DNA of 64,000 nucleotides from Magallana gigas (Eukaryota): NCBI RefSeq assembly GCF_963853765.1, contig NC_088859.1, positions 3,224,001 to 3,288,000 of the forward strand, read 5' to 3'. Shown piece by piece: positions 53,189 to 64,000 of this stretch (position 1 is its first letter; each line of letters starts with the position of its first letter). The notes under the pieces were generated by a model. It saw only the letters and a program-made list of their open reading frames with translations, ran no database searches and was not told where the DNA came from. The position numbers and the translations under genes were made by a program.

Positions 53189-56100
53189 TCAAGGTGAGTA
53201 GACAACTGGAGGTTTAATTCTTCTACCCCATCTTGACTGTCTGAAAGGTTCAGCACTGGGCACAGTAAAATCTGGTGAAGCAGAATCTATCTCTGCATCT
53301 TCAGGCTCAAAAGACTCTGAAGATTCTAACCTGCTAAATTCAGGGGGTTCTATAGACTCGTCTAAAAGGGTATCTACTGGTAACCAGTTTTTAGGTGGAA
53401 GTATACCTTCATAGGGTTTAAGTTGGTCAACATGAACTACTTTCAAAGGACTTTTGGGATCTCTCTGTATTTGATACGTTACATCTGTGATCTTTTTGGT
53501 CACTTTGTAAGGTCCCGTCCAACCCAGACCTAATTTTACACCTGCTGCTGGTGGATACCACCTCCAAACAAAATCATTTTCAGAAAATTCTCTGGGTTTA
53601 AGACCCCTATCATAAAATTTCTTTTGTTTGACAGCTGATTTTCTTAAATTTTCAGATACAAAGCCATAAGTATCGGCTAGAACTATCTGTAACCACTCTA
53701 CATATTTAATAGGGCACACCGGAGTTGGAGAAGAAGGAGGATTTCCTATGATAAGATCTACTGGGCTAACTGTCTCACGTCCTAACATGATTCTATTCGG
53801 AGAACAACCAGTACTCTCTTGTACAGTAGACCTATAGGCTGTAAGGACATAGGGAAGATTATCATCCCAATTATCTCTATTCTTATTTGCATAGGAAGAT
53901 AGCATTTGCAATAAGGTCCTATTCATTCTCTCAACTAAACCATCTGACTGTGGCCTATATGGAGTAGTGCGTGTCTTCTGAATGCCTAATTTTGAACACA
54001 GGACACTAAAAAGTTCCGACTCAAACTCACGACCTTGATCTGAGTGTAACTGTTTTGGACAACCAAACTTACAGAAAAACTCTGTTACTATCTTGTCTCC
54101 AACTGTCAATGCAGTATGATCAGGTACTGCCCAAGCTTCAGACCACTTAGAGAAATAATCACAGAGAACTATAATGTACTCGTTACCATTATTTGTGCGG
54201 GGTAAAGGACCTACTATATCTATGCCTACTCTGTCTAAAGGAGCACCAACGACTGACTGATGAAGAGGTGATTTACCAAAACCTGGACCAGCTTTTGCCC
54301 TAGCACAAACATCACACTCTTTACACCACCTTTTAATGTCTGTAGACATACCAGGCCAATACACTCTACGCTTGACTGCCTTGATGGTACGGTCCCTGCC
54401 TAAGGGACCAGAAGTTCTATTATCATGCAATTCATGCAATATCTTGGACCTAATTTGTCTTGGAGCAATCAATAACAAAGTTTCCCTATCATTTGGTTCA
54501 ATCCATCTATAATACAGCATGTTGTTCTTAACTATCAAAGATTCCCATAAACCATAGTAGGTTTTTAAGTCAGGAGCTGCATCCAAAACCACATTTCTAG
54601 GGGGTTTTACAGAGTAATTTTCTTTCAAATTCATGATTTGTCTAATTGCAGGCTCTTGATGTTGCCAAGTTCTTAATTGATCAACTGACCAAGTATCTAA
54701 CCAGTTAAGCACTATTTCTGAATCACAACTTGCACCATTGTCATCCGTAGAATTGTCAGATTCTGACTCCATCAAATCGAACCTTTCTATGGTTCTAACG
54801 GAAACAATCCCGGCGGGCAAGGACAATGTATTACTGTCCATTTGCTCGGGCACTGTAACTGTTTGACCACCAGAATCATGACAATCCCCCCAATGACAAT
54901 CAGGACAATCCATGCGCTTACAATAACTGGGAGGTCGTCTAGACAAACCATCAGCATTACAATGCAACCTGCCTGGCCTATGTTGAATGGAAAAATCATA
55001 TGTCTCTAAAACTGAAAGCCATCTAGCCTGTATCCCTTCTGGATTTTTGAAATTTTTGAGCCATATAAGCGATGCATGATCGGTTCTGATCGTAAAATGT
55101 CTACCCCATAAGAAATGTCGATATTGCCTGATAAATGTAACTACTGCTAACAATTCCTTGTAAGTGGTACAGTATCTGACTTGAGACTTGTTTAATGTCC
55201 TACTGGCATAAGCAATAACCTTCTCCTCACCATTTTGTATCTGTGATAAGACAGCACCTATTCCTGACATGCTAGCATCTGTATCTAGAATAAATTCTGA
55301 TGTGCTATCTGGATATGCTAATATAGGAGCTGTACAAAGAAGTTCTTTAAGTTTCTCAAAGGAGTTCTGACATTGAAGAGTCCAACAAAATTTCTTTCCT
55401 TTTCTAGTCAAATAAGTTAACGAAGAAGCAATGGTAGAAAACTCAGGGATGAACCTCCTATAATATCCAGCTAAACCCAAGAAACTTCTAACATCAGACA
55501 CATTTTTGGGGACAGGCCATTCCTTAACTTTTTCAAGTTTACTAGGGTCACACTGAATACCTTTATCTGAAACTATGTGACCTAAAAATGGCACTTCTTT
55601 CTGAAATAAGACACACTTGGAAGGTTTCAATGTTAAACTGGCTGATCTAAGTCTATCAAACACTAGCTTAAGATTTTGCAAAGCTTGGTCAAAAGATTTT
55701 CCAAAGACAATGATATCATCTAAATAACAGAGGCATTTTTCCCATCTAAGACCTCTAAGAACTAACTCAATTAACCTCTCATAGCAACTGGGAGCATTAC
55801 ACATGCCAAAAGGTAATACTTTGAACTGAAATAACCCCATGTGAGTAGAAAATGCTGTTTTATGCTTATCTTTTTCCTCCATTTCCATCTGCCAATACCC
55901 AGAAACTAAATCTAATGTGCTAAAATAAGAAGCACCAGCTAAAGAATCAAGGGATTCATCAATCCTAGGCAAAGGATAAGCATCTTTCTTGGTAACTGAG
56001 TTTAGTTGTCTATAATCAACGCAGAATCTCCATGACCCATCTTTCTTAGCAACTAACAATAATGGAGCTGACCAAGGACTTTCACTAGGTTCAATCACAT

Positions 56101-57130
56101 CATTTTCGAGCATCTTTGCAATTTCATTTTCAACAATTTCTCTCTGAGAATATGGAAGTCTACGAGGTGGAATCTTAATGGGTTTAGAATCCCCAGTATC
56201 TATACTATGTTTGACAAGATTAGTTCTTCCAAATTTACCATCAGGTCCAACAAAAATATCTTGATATTCTGTCAAAAGCTGTAACAACTGACATTTTTCT
56301 GTTTCAGACAACTTGTCACAAGATCTTTCATAAAGAGACTGTAAATGCAAAGGGAGGACTGAAGCAACATGTTCACCTTCAGGTGAATCTGACTGCACAA
56401 TATCAACCTCATGTACAGAAGCTACTGTCGTGTGTTTCTTGATTCTTACAGGCCTATTTGAAATATTTACAATTGAAAACAAAATCTTCTCTGGATTTAC
56501 CAAAGTTCTAGCGACTAACAGACCCTTCTGAGACAAAAATTGAAATGGCTCAAGCAAACTATTTACAGATTTGTCAACACTTCCAACTGAATAAGCAGGA
56601 ACTACTACTTCACAATCAGGGGGAACAACTATGTTTTTAGCAACTCTGACTCTTGCACAAACAGGAGCTGTCTCTCTTTCTAACTGGATAGACTGACCTC
56701 CAATAACTAAGAGACCTCTAGATATCTGAAATATCACATCATTGTTCTCTAAGAAATCCATTCCAATTATTCCTCTCAAATTTCCTAATTCAGCAACAAT
56801 GAACTCATGACAAAACCGAATCTCTCCTATTTCAAATTCTAAGTCAATCTTCCCCAAAACTTTCATATCTCTACCATCAGCTGTTGACAAGGACAATGAA
56901 CAAGGTTTCAAAGGGGGTCTTTTATCTAAAGTCATAAAAACATGTGCATCTAATAAACAAGCCTGTGAACCAGTGTCAACTAAAAACATATTTACATTCT
57001 GACCTAGCACACATCTGACACTAAAACATGACTTTTGTACTAAATTCACTTGAATTCTCTGAGTAGCCCTAATATCACAAGAATCATAGGTCACACTATG
57101 GGCTTCTAGGGTAACCCCTACTAGTTTTCC
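53189..57130 (-). CDS. Gypsy pol (PR-RT-RH-IN), probably expressed by -1 frameshift from gag
   Basis: LVDTGS, YLDD, LDTDAS, integrase GIDIVGP/SDQGREF/GLVER and a GPY module. The frame is open from 57160 and overlaps the gag end. Confidence 0.95.
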   Translation of the reverse strand, partial: GKLVGVTLEAHSVTYDSCDIRATQRIQVNLVQKSCFSVRCVLGQNVNMFLVDTGSQACLLDAHVFMTLDKRPPLKPCSLSLSTADGRDMKVLGKIDLEFEIGEIRFCHEFIVAELGNLRGIIGMDFLENNDVIFQISRGLLVIGGQSIQLERETAPVCARVRVAKNIVVPPDCEVVVPAYSVGSVDKSVNSLLEPFQFLSQKGLLVARTLVNPEKILFSIVNISNRPVRIKKHTTVASVHEVDIVQSDSPEGEHVASVLPLHLQSLYERSCDKLSETEKCQLLQLLTEYQDIFVGPDGKFGRTNLVKHSIDTGDSKPIKIPPRRLPYSQREIVENEIAKMLENDVIEPSESPWSAPLLLVAKKDGSWRFCVDYRQLNSVTKKDAYPLPRIDESLDSLAGASYFSTLDLVSGYWQMEMEEKDKHKTAFSTHMGLFQFKVLPFGMCNAPSCYERLIELVLRGLRWEKCLCYLDDIIVFGKSFDQALQNLKLVFDRLRSASLTLKPSKCVLFQKEVPFLGHIVSDKGIQCDPSKLEKVKEWPVPKNVSDVRSFLGLAGYYRRFIPEFSTIASSLTYLTRKGKKFCWTLQCQNSFEKLKELLCTAPILAYPDSTSEFILDTDASMSGIGAVLSQIQNGEEKVIAYASRTLNKSQVRYCTTYKELLAVVTFIRQYRHFLWGRHFTIRTDHASLIWLKNFKNPEGIQARWLSVLETYDFSIQHRPGRLHCNADGLSRRPPSYCKRMDCPDCHWGDCHDSGGQTVTVPEQMDSNTLSLPAGIVSVRTIERFDLMESESDNSTDDNGASCDSEIVLNWLDTWSVDQLRTWQHQEPAIRQIMNLKENYSVKPPRNVVLDAAPDLKTYYGLWESLIVKNNMLYYRWIEPNDRETLLLIAPRQIRSKILHELHDNRTSGPLGRDRTIKAVKRRVYWPGMSTDIKRWCKECDVCARAKAGPGFGKSPLHQSVVGAPLDRVGIDIVGPLPRTNNGNEYIIVLCDYFSKWSEAWAVPDHTALTVGDKIVTEFFCKFGCPKQLHSDQGREFESELFSVLCSKLGIQKTRTTPYRPQSDGLVERMNRTLLQMLSSYANKNRDNWDDNLPYVLTAYRSTVQESTGCSPNRIMLGRETVSPVDLIIGNPPSSPTPVCPIKYVEWLQIVLADTYGFVSENLRKSAVKQKKFYDRGLKPREFSENDFVWRWYPPAAGVKLGLGWTGPYKVTKKITDVTYQIQRDPKSPLKVVHVDQLKPYEGILPPKNWLPVDTLLDESIEPPEFSRLESSESFEPEDAEIDSASPDFTVPSAEPFRQSRWGRRIKPPVVYSP

Positions 57131-58380
57131 TGAGCATTTACAGACTGGGTTGAAGCAGAGTTAGTGTTATTTTGATCCTCGTTCAAAGGGACATAAGTGT
57201 TTGGAGCTTTACAATATTTTGCTATATGACCCAACATTTTACAGTTGTAACACTTTACAGCTTTTCCTGACTGGCTTAATCCTCCTCGATGTCTATTAGA
57301 CAATTTGTTAATGCTAATCTCCAAAGACTTTATTGCACTTAACAACTCATCAGGGGACTTAACTTCACTAGACTGTACAGAAGAAACACTAGGTTTAGTG
57401 ATGGAGAGTTGTGGCCCCTTAATTGCTTCAAATTCTGTAGCTGAAGAAATGGCAGTCTCTAATGTATTAGGGTGATGTAAAATGACATGAGACCTAATGT
57501 CACTATTCCCAATACCATTCATGAATTGCTCTACAATGATTATCTCCCTATTTGAGTAAGACATGTCCGGGAAAGCTAAATTTCCTAGTCTCCTGAGAGC
57601 ATACCCATAATCAGAGGGAGTTTCACCTGATTTGCGAGAACGAGATCTAAACTCTACTCTATATGCAACTGTACGTTCCTGTGGACAAAACCGACTTGCT
57701 AAAATGGACCTAAGTGAATTATAATCCTTCAACTGACTCTGAGATAGGTCACCTAATATTCTTTGTGCCTCCCCCCTTAAGGACATAATAAGCTGTTGAG
57801 ACATTTCCTCATAGGACCACTTGTTCCAAAGAGATACTTGTTCAAAATGCACTAGGTAATCTTGCCAAGCTACACTTTTACCATCAAATTTGTCTGGTTC
57901 TTTCTCTTTTCTTAACCTGTGCCTATTGGAGTTATCACTGGGGAAGGAAGACAACGTTGTCTCTAACCCATCTTGAGCTCTCTCATTTCTTTCACTCTGT
58001 GCCAACTTTATTTGTGCAGGTGCTCGACTCTCATTCATTTCTGTCGCACTTGCTAGAGGAGTCTCTGTCTCTCTTACTTGCTCATGCACACCTGATATAT
58101 TACCAAATGATATGTGGCGTCTGCGTCTTATGGTCTGCTCAAGCTCTGCTCTGCATCTCTGGTAGTCAGATGTAAGGTCTTGAAGAGCTTTCTCCAAATC
58201 TGAAATTTGGGTGTTCATGTGCTCTCTTTCACTCTCAATCACTCTCTCTACAGGAGGGGATGTTGACTGTCTACTTCGTGACAAAAGTTTACTTCTAGCA
58301 CCTTGTGAGGGATTAACATTAACTCTAGGAGTAGATGTAGCTCGCCCTACACTATCAAAAATAGAATTAAGTGAAGCCAT
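57121..58380 (-). CDS. Gypsy gag, 419 aa
   Basis: Retrotransposon capsid-like region (PDKFDG...YLVHFE..W) and a CYNCKMLGHIAKYC knuckle. Confidence 0.93.
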   Translation of the reverse strand: MASLNSIFDSVGRATSTPRVNVNPSQGARSKLLSRSRQSTSPPVERVIESEREHMNTQISDLEKALQDLTSDYQRCRAELEQTIRRRRHISFGNISGVHEQVRETETPLASATEMNESRAPAQIKLAQSERNERAQDGLETTLSSFPSDNSNRHRLRKEKEPDKFDGKSVAWQDYLVHFEQVSLWNKWSYEEMSQQLIMSLRGEAQRILGDLSQSQLKDYNSLRSILASRFCPQERTVAYRVEFRSRSRKSGETPSDYGYALRRLGNLAFPDMSYSNREIIIVEQFMNGIGNSDIRSHVILHHPNTLETAISSATEFEAIKGPQLSITKPSVSSVQSSEVKSPDELLSAIKSLEISINKLSNRHRGGLSQSGKAVKCYNCKMLGHIAKYCKAPNTYVPLNEDQNNTNSASTQSVNAQEN

Positions 58381-58393
58381 GGTTTCTATTCAG

Positions 58394-58413
58394 GAATCCT
58401 GGTCACGGCACCA
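58394..58413 (-). promoter_or_regulatory. Primer-binding site, tRNA-His type
   Basis: Minus strand TGGTGCCGTGACCAGGATTC, complementary to an invertebrate tRNA-His 3' end GAATCCTGGTCACGGCA-CCA. Confidence 0.85.
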
Positions 58414-58419
58414 AAATTA

Positions 58420-59562
58420 TGTAACCGGAACCAGTACGACAAGGGCAATAACTCTTGTGATCAAAGTAACTCTAATGTCAAATACTGGCTCAGATAAAAA
58501 TCAACCCAGGTAAGGGGATTCCTGAACTATGGTCAACACTTGTGATGAAAACACCAGTAAGATTTAACACAATTTATTAATGTTTATAGAGTTGATTTAA
58601 GTCAAGGATAGCAACAAGAATTTTATAATAATAGACAAAAATATGGAAATTAACAAACAGAAGTACTCAAAGGGAAAATTACTCTGAAAATATGTATAAT
58701 CTGAATTTATAATGAACTGATATTACAATGGATACTTGATAACTTAATTAAATTCTACAATTAATAAAAAAAATAAGAAAATGCAAAAATGCCAAATAAT
58801 TGCCAAAAATCAAAATATGTTCCTACTGGGCCACCATAGAATCTAAAAATAGATTTAGTAATAACAGACGAGGAACGATGAATAAGGAACGAGCTACATC
58901 TCTATAAATATTAAATTTCTCCTCTATGACAAATAAATGTAAAAATGACTAAGATAATCCTCCTTATAAAAATAAGTTATCTACAACACCTTAAACCAGG
59001 ACTGGGAAAGGGAAAACCTATCTAAACTTACACTCTAAACCTTAAGGAAAATCTGTATTATAAAAAAAAATGCTTTAAACCCTACAAAAATGAACTAAAT
59101 CCTAACTCTACATAAATCATGCTTTCTTATACTAAACCTAACTCTAACCTATTCATAGCTGTAAAACCAAGAGGTTTAAGTGCCAAGAATAGAAAGGGAG
59201 ACTTACCATAAGGTAATCACTCCCTAACCCAAGTAAAGAAAACTGACCGAACACTCTCTTATATATACCTGTATTCTATTCACTAATTTTAACCAATGAA
59301 AACCACAGAAACTAGACTAACTTAGCCAATCAGAGAACAGGTAACTTTATAACTTAGGCAAAAGTGACAACATGGATACTATTTCCTGTAGAAGTGTAAC
59401 TATAAATAGGATAATTTTTAACTTGTTCAAAATATGAGAGTAGAAAGAATTAAATGATCAACAGTAAGTATTTGAACCTTAAGAATGACAATAAACTATT
59501 TAAACTGTAAAAACTTCAAGAAAAATGCAAACTGTATAATGAAAATAAACAAATTTGTTACA
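58420..59562 (-). repeat. Gypsy 5' LTR (1143 bp) with TATA-like (59267-59258), Inr-like TCAGTT (59246-59241) and GTAAGT donor (59206-59201)
   Basis: Motifs read on the minus strand; CCAAT boxes at ~59293 and ~59326. Confidence 0.9.
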
Positions 59563-59981
59563 TATATAAAGAATAGCTTTGAGACACGTTTGCAGATTCT
59601 CGAGGCGGCAAGCTGCACGTGCGGTTTATGATTTTGTTAGCTAGACCAGATGATGCATGATAAATGAATTGAAGTTTGAACTTGTTTGTCCATCATTAGT
59701 TCGTATAAAGAATTTACGGGACTATATTTGAACATATGTTAGTATAATATATCTATCCAAAAACCGAGATAACTGAGTTATTAAGTTATATTAGAGTTAT
59801 CCCGCTTGATGCGTACATGCGTGATATTTTATTTTTGTATACATTGGTTATAGATGGTGCAGCCTACTATCTTACGGAAGAGACATTCATTGAAAGGGTT
59901 GAATCTCTTACCTGTCATTAAGAAGGCCAGAGGAGGAAGACCAGAGGGTCTGAAAGAATTTGCGCGCATTTCTAAGGAAAA

Positions 59982-61406
59982 CTAGTAGGCTAATTGTTCT
60001 CGAACAATTAGAGGTCTTTCCACCTAATATTTTTAATGAATTGCTAGATTGCTCATTGACAATAAGGTATACAAAAAATTATTATACTATGATACATGTT
60101 GTACTATAAAATGGGAAAACCACGAAGCCATTAATTGATAAATGGTTTTTAAAGAGATTTTTTATTATCATCAAGCCATTTCTTTAAGAATTCCATGTTG
60201 TATATATCGTAAAGATTTATTAAATAACTTTTCTGATTTTTTTTCCACTTACTATGAACAAAACTGAGCCAAGTGAATATTCTTTACACAATCATATAAA
60301 CAGTAAAGCTAACAATAGAAGAGAGTGTTCTACAGGCTAGCTGTCTTTTACAAAATGAATGGGTTGACTGTAAAAACAAGTTCCACTTGAGTAACCACAG
60401 GACTTGATGTGATACCTGGCTGACCCAATTGAATACCTTATTGCGCAATCCAGCAAGCTATTGAAACTCTTACTATAATTCTGTATTTCAAATGATATGA
60501 AAATTCATTAATTAACCGATTTCCAAATGACGTTGACCTTTGACCTTTATGTCATTTTGTTCGGCCAAGGTAGACGCTTCTATTCCAAGTGTTCCGAAGT
60601 CTGTACGACATATAATAAAAAACTTGGAAATGATTTTATAGAAATTTAAAAACTTTCAGGGGCAATAACTACTAGAAGGGGGCCTCAGATCCTTTCGGTA
60701 TGCATAGATTAAAGAACCCTCCAAGTGTACTGAATACATTGGTAAAAGTTCCAAGTCTCTATCTCTTATGGTTTCATAGGAGTAGCGATAACAAGCATTT
60801 CTTACAATAGGGGCTATAACTCTATAATTATTCAAAGGTATGAGCCAAGGGGCTATATTTTAAAATGTTTTTAGATGTCCTACTACATCCATCATAAGGT
60901 TTTTTTCTACCACCCTTAACAAAAGAGATATAAAAACTCATTAATTAACAGCTTCTCAAATGACCTTGACCTTTGACCTTTATGTCATTTTGTTCGGCCA
61001 AGGTAGACGCTTCCATCCCAAGTGGTCCGAAGTCTCTATGATAAATAATAATAAAGTTGGAAGTGATTTTATGGAAATTTAAATACTTTCAGGGGCAATA
61101 ACTACTACAAGGGGGCCTCAGATCCTTTTGGTATGAATAGATTGAAGAACCCTCTAAGTGTAATGAAGACATTGGTAAAAGTTTCAAATCTCTATCTCTT
61201 ATGGTTTCAGAGGAGTAGCGATAACAGACATTTCCTTCTCAAAGGGCAATAACTCTGTAAGTTCTGGGAGTTCTTTGACACAGGGTCAATTAATACCATA
61301 ACTTTTAATGAGCAATTACATAACGTTTAAATTGTTTGGATAACTTTAATGACAAAAAAAATCACCCCGAGCTAAATAGAAAAAAAGAAGAAGAAGAAGA
61401 AGAAGA
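59982..61406 (-). mobile_element. Non-autonomous Helitron-like element with internal ~435-bp satellite units (unit 1)
   Basis: The minus strand begins TC(TTC)n and ends with the hairpin CTAATTGTTC/GAACAATTAG plus CTAG-T; internal GACCTTGACCTTTGACC units. Confidence 0.7.
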
Positions 61407-61407
61407 A

Positions 61408-62863
61408 CTAGTAGACTAATTGTTCTCGAACAATTAGAGGTCTTTCCACCTCATTGTTTTCTATGTTTGAAATAAGATTGCTTCAATAGAATAAATTATT
61501 TTTTCTGCGTTACTTCATAAAAAAAAGTGTCAAACGATTAAGTTTGCAATTTTTTAATGCTTGACCTTGACCTTTGACCTTCATGTCATTTTCATCTGAC
61601 AAGGTAGACGCTTCAAAACCAAATGGTCCGATGTATCTATGATTATTGATTCAAAAGTTATTTGTGTTTCTTTATTGAATGTTCGAAACCTTCAGGGGCA
61701 ATAACTGCTAGAAAGGGACTTTGGACCCTGTCGGTATGAATAGATTGGAGAAGCGTCTAAGTATACTGAATACATTAGTAAAAGTTTCAAGTCTCTATCT
61801 CTAATGGTTAATGAGGAGTGGCGATAACAAGCATTTTGTACAATAGGGGCAATAACTCTATAATTATTACATGGTAAGGGTCAAAGGGTTATATTTTGAA
61901 AAGTCTTAAGATGTCCTACTACATCCATGAAAAAGTTTTTCTCTACCATCCTAAACAAAAGAGATACAAAAATCATTAATTAAGAGATTTTCAAATGACC
62001 TTGACCTTTGACCTTAATGTTATTTTGTTTGGCCAAGGTGGATGCTTCCATCCCAAGTGGTCCGAAGTCTCTATGATAAGTAATAAAAGATTTTGAAGTG
62101 ATTTTATGGAAATGTAAATACTTTCAGGGGCAATAACTTCTAGATGGGGACCTCAGATCCTTTCGGTATGAATAGATTGAAGAACCGTATATGTGTACTG
62201 AAGACATTGGTAAAAGTTTCAAGTCTCTATCTCTTATGGTTTCAGAGGAGTAGTGATAACAAACATTTCGTACAATAGGGGCAATAACTTTGTGTTTATT
62301 CGAAGGTATCAGCCAAGGGGCTATATTTTAAATTGTCTTAAGATGTCCTAATACATCCATGAAAAAGTTTTTCTCTACCACCCTTAACAAAAGAGATCTA
62401 AAAACTCATTAATTAACAGATTTTTAAATGACCTTGACCTTTGACTTTTATGTTATTTTGTTCGGCCAAGGTAGACGCTTCCATCCCAAGTAGTCCAAAG
62501 TCTCTATGATAAGTAATAAAAAAGTTGGAAGTGGTTTTATAGAAATTCAAATACTTAAAGGGGCAATAACTGATAGAAGGGGGTCTCGGATCCATTCGGT
62601 ATTAGTAGATTGAAGAACCCTCTAAGTGTATTGAAGACATTGGTAAAAGTTTTAAGTATCTATCTCTTATGGTTTCAGAGGAGTAGCGATAACAAGCATT
62701 TCGTAAACAAGGGCTATAACTTTGTAAGTTCTGGGGGTTGTCAGGATCAGGGTCATTTGGTATTATAACTTTAAATGGTCAATTACATGAAGAAAAAATT
62801 GTTTCAATATGTCTTATAATAAAAAAGGTGTCCCTTGGAAAATAGAAAAGAAAAATAATAAGA
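61408..62863 (-). mobile_element. Helitron-like element, unit 2 (head-to-tail with unit 1)
   Basis: Same hairpin-CTAG end at 61408; satellite units at ~61559, 61996 and 62429. Confidence 0.7.
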
Positions 62864-62864
62864 A

Positions 62865-62910
62865 CTAGTAGACTAATTGTTCACGGAACAATTAGAGGCC
62901 TTTCCACCTT
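62865..62910 (-). mobile_element. Third Helitron-like 3' terminus; the body differs and its extent is unresolved
   Basis: CTAGTAGACTAATTGTTCACGGAACAATTAGAGG on the plus strand. Confidence 0.55.
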
Positions 62911-63008
62911 CCATAATGATTAAAAAAAATTCCCGAAAATGTTGATAATTATTGAGTAATTAGAGAAAAATCAATTTACGAAGAAAAAAAAAGTAAAAAA
63001 AAAAAAAT

Positions 63009-63080
63009 GGGTTCCGCACAGTGGGATCGATCCGAGTACCCTTAGATTCCTAGGCGAGAGTGTTGCCACTACGCCATTTC
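63009..63080 (-). pseudogene. tRNA-derived segment (SINE-head-like)
   Basis: A-box TGGCGTAGTGG and B-box-like GGATCGATCCC at tRNA-like spacing; the cloverleaf is not intact. Confidence 0.45.
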
Positions 63081-64000
63081 GCTTGTTATCTGATGGAAGG
63101 TAAAACTTGTTGAGTTGTGTAGTGAATTTGGATGATGATAGAAAGAAGAGACGAAGCATTCTTCTGTCCATCTAAAATTGATACCCAACGCTGAGGAACC
63201 TTTAGAATAGATAGGGGCTTAGCGATTGGTTGGGAGGGCAGTATTTGTTCACCAGTTTATTCATAAAAATCAGTGCTGCTTGTAAACAATGTGGCCGGAT
63301 AGCGTTGACTAAGAAATCAACAGGTCAGGTCAAACTCTGGTCGCCGGCGGGTATTTGAAGGTGTGGGAACGTCACTTTTGCTCAGCTGATGCGAATTCTC
63401 CCTGTGATTTGAAATGCACGTGCTTATAAATCTACTAACTGTCATGCATTCGTGGATTACAAGTACGGAAAATCGGAACTGAATTAAGGCCAGTCATGTA
63501 TTTCAGCCAAGTCGGGAAATAAACAAACTGAAAGAAAATGTAAATTTAATTCATCTAAAATCGGGGTCTGGGAAGGAAGAGTTATCTTTCGTTGCACTTC
63601 AACTCAAGTCGTCACAGGTTGCTGATAGAAATGTAAACAAAGATTTTCAGTGAAATTTGAGCGTGAATTTATTAGATACAAATATCGAAGCGTTGAAATT
63701 TCGTTTCTCGGGACGATGGTTCGATGCCGCTGAGGTAGATAACTTTCTTAAATAGGGTTCATTTCGTTTGAGATTTGGCAGGCAATTAGATTCAGGTGTG
63801 AGGAACAGTCCCATGAATTTTCGCCGAGTTCTACAGAGTTTTACTGGAGCTGGAATTTTTATTTGGAGGCGTAGTCTAAAACGCGGTCTGGGGTCAAATG
63901 GCAGACAGTGTTTCACCTTTTCAAAAAATTCTGACAAACGGTTGTAACACTCTTTTAGGTTTTATTTTAAAAAGGAATATTGAATTATAAGTTCAAATAT

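Larger units (their letters stand above)
50754..59562 (-). mobile_element. Full-length Ty3/Gypsy LTR retrotransposon with three ORFs and TATA target-site duplication
   Basis: 1143-bp LTRs (50754-51896 and 58420-59562); PPT at 51897-51910 on the minus strand. Comparison with the empty site at ~37753 gives a 4-bp TATA duplication. Confidence 0.96.
50388..59981 (+). mobile_element. Second copy of the DIRS-like 5' region (own sequence 50388-50753 and 59567-59981), interrupted by Gypsy and cut by a Helitron-like insertion
   Basis: Collinear with 29730-29786 + 37449-38176, with scattered substitutions. Confidence 0.85.

Noticed and set aside
63647-63937. 96-aa minus-strand ORF near the window end
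   Set aside because: No recognisable motif or supporting exon structure.

Overview
AT-rich eukaryotic DNA with two N-gaps. The repeat families look like those of a bivalve, probably an oyster (inference, not a database result). The left 15 kb holds two minus-strand spliced host genes: a three-exon, 315-codon divergent TGF-beta-superfamily ligand (14703-8538) and the first two coding exons of a TINAGL1-like gene (2076-1055, running off the left edge). They are interspersed with MITEs, minisatellites, long inverted repeats and a truncated Tx1/L1-type LINE. From about 18.7 kb the window is a transposon nest built on a locally repeated ~2.9 kb segment (three copies). Two copies carry the same decayed DIRS/Ngaro-type retroelement junction. 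Three young LTR retrotransposons inserted into these copies, each with a target-site duplication and an empty site in a paralogous copy. They are an intact BEL/Pao element (29787-37443), a Gmr1-like Ty3/Gypsy element whose integrase catalytic core is deleted in frame (42063-48745), and a minus-strand Ty3/Gypsy element (50754-59562). The last carries an extra, apparently spliced ORF encoding a tandem C2H2 zinc-finger protein where an env gene would sit. The window ends in a head-to-tail array of Helitron-like, satellite-bearing elements. All alignments were done by eye.
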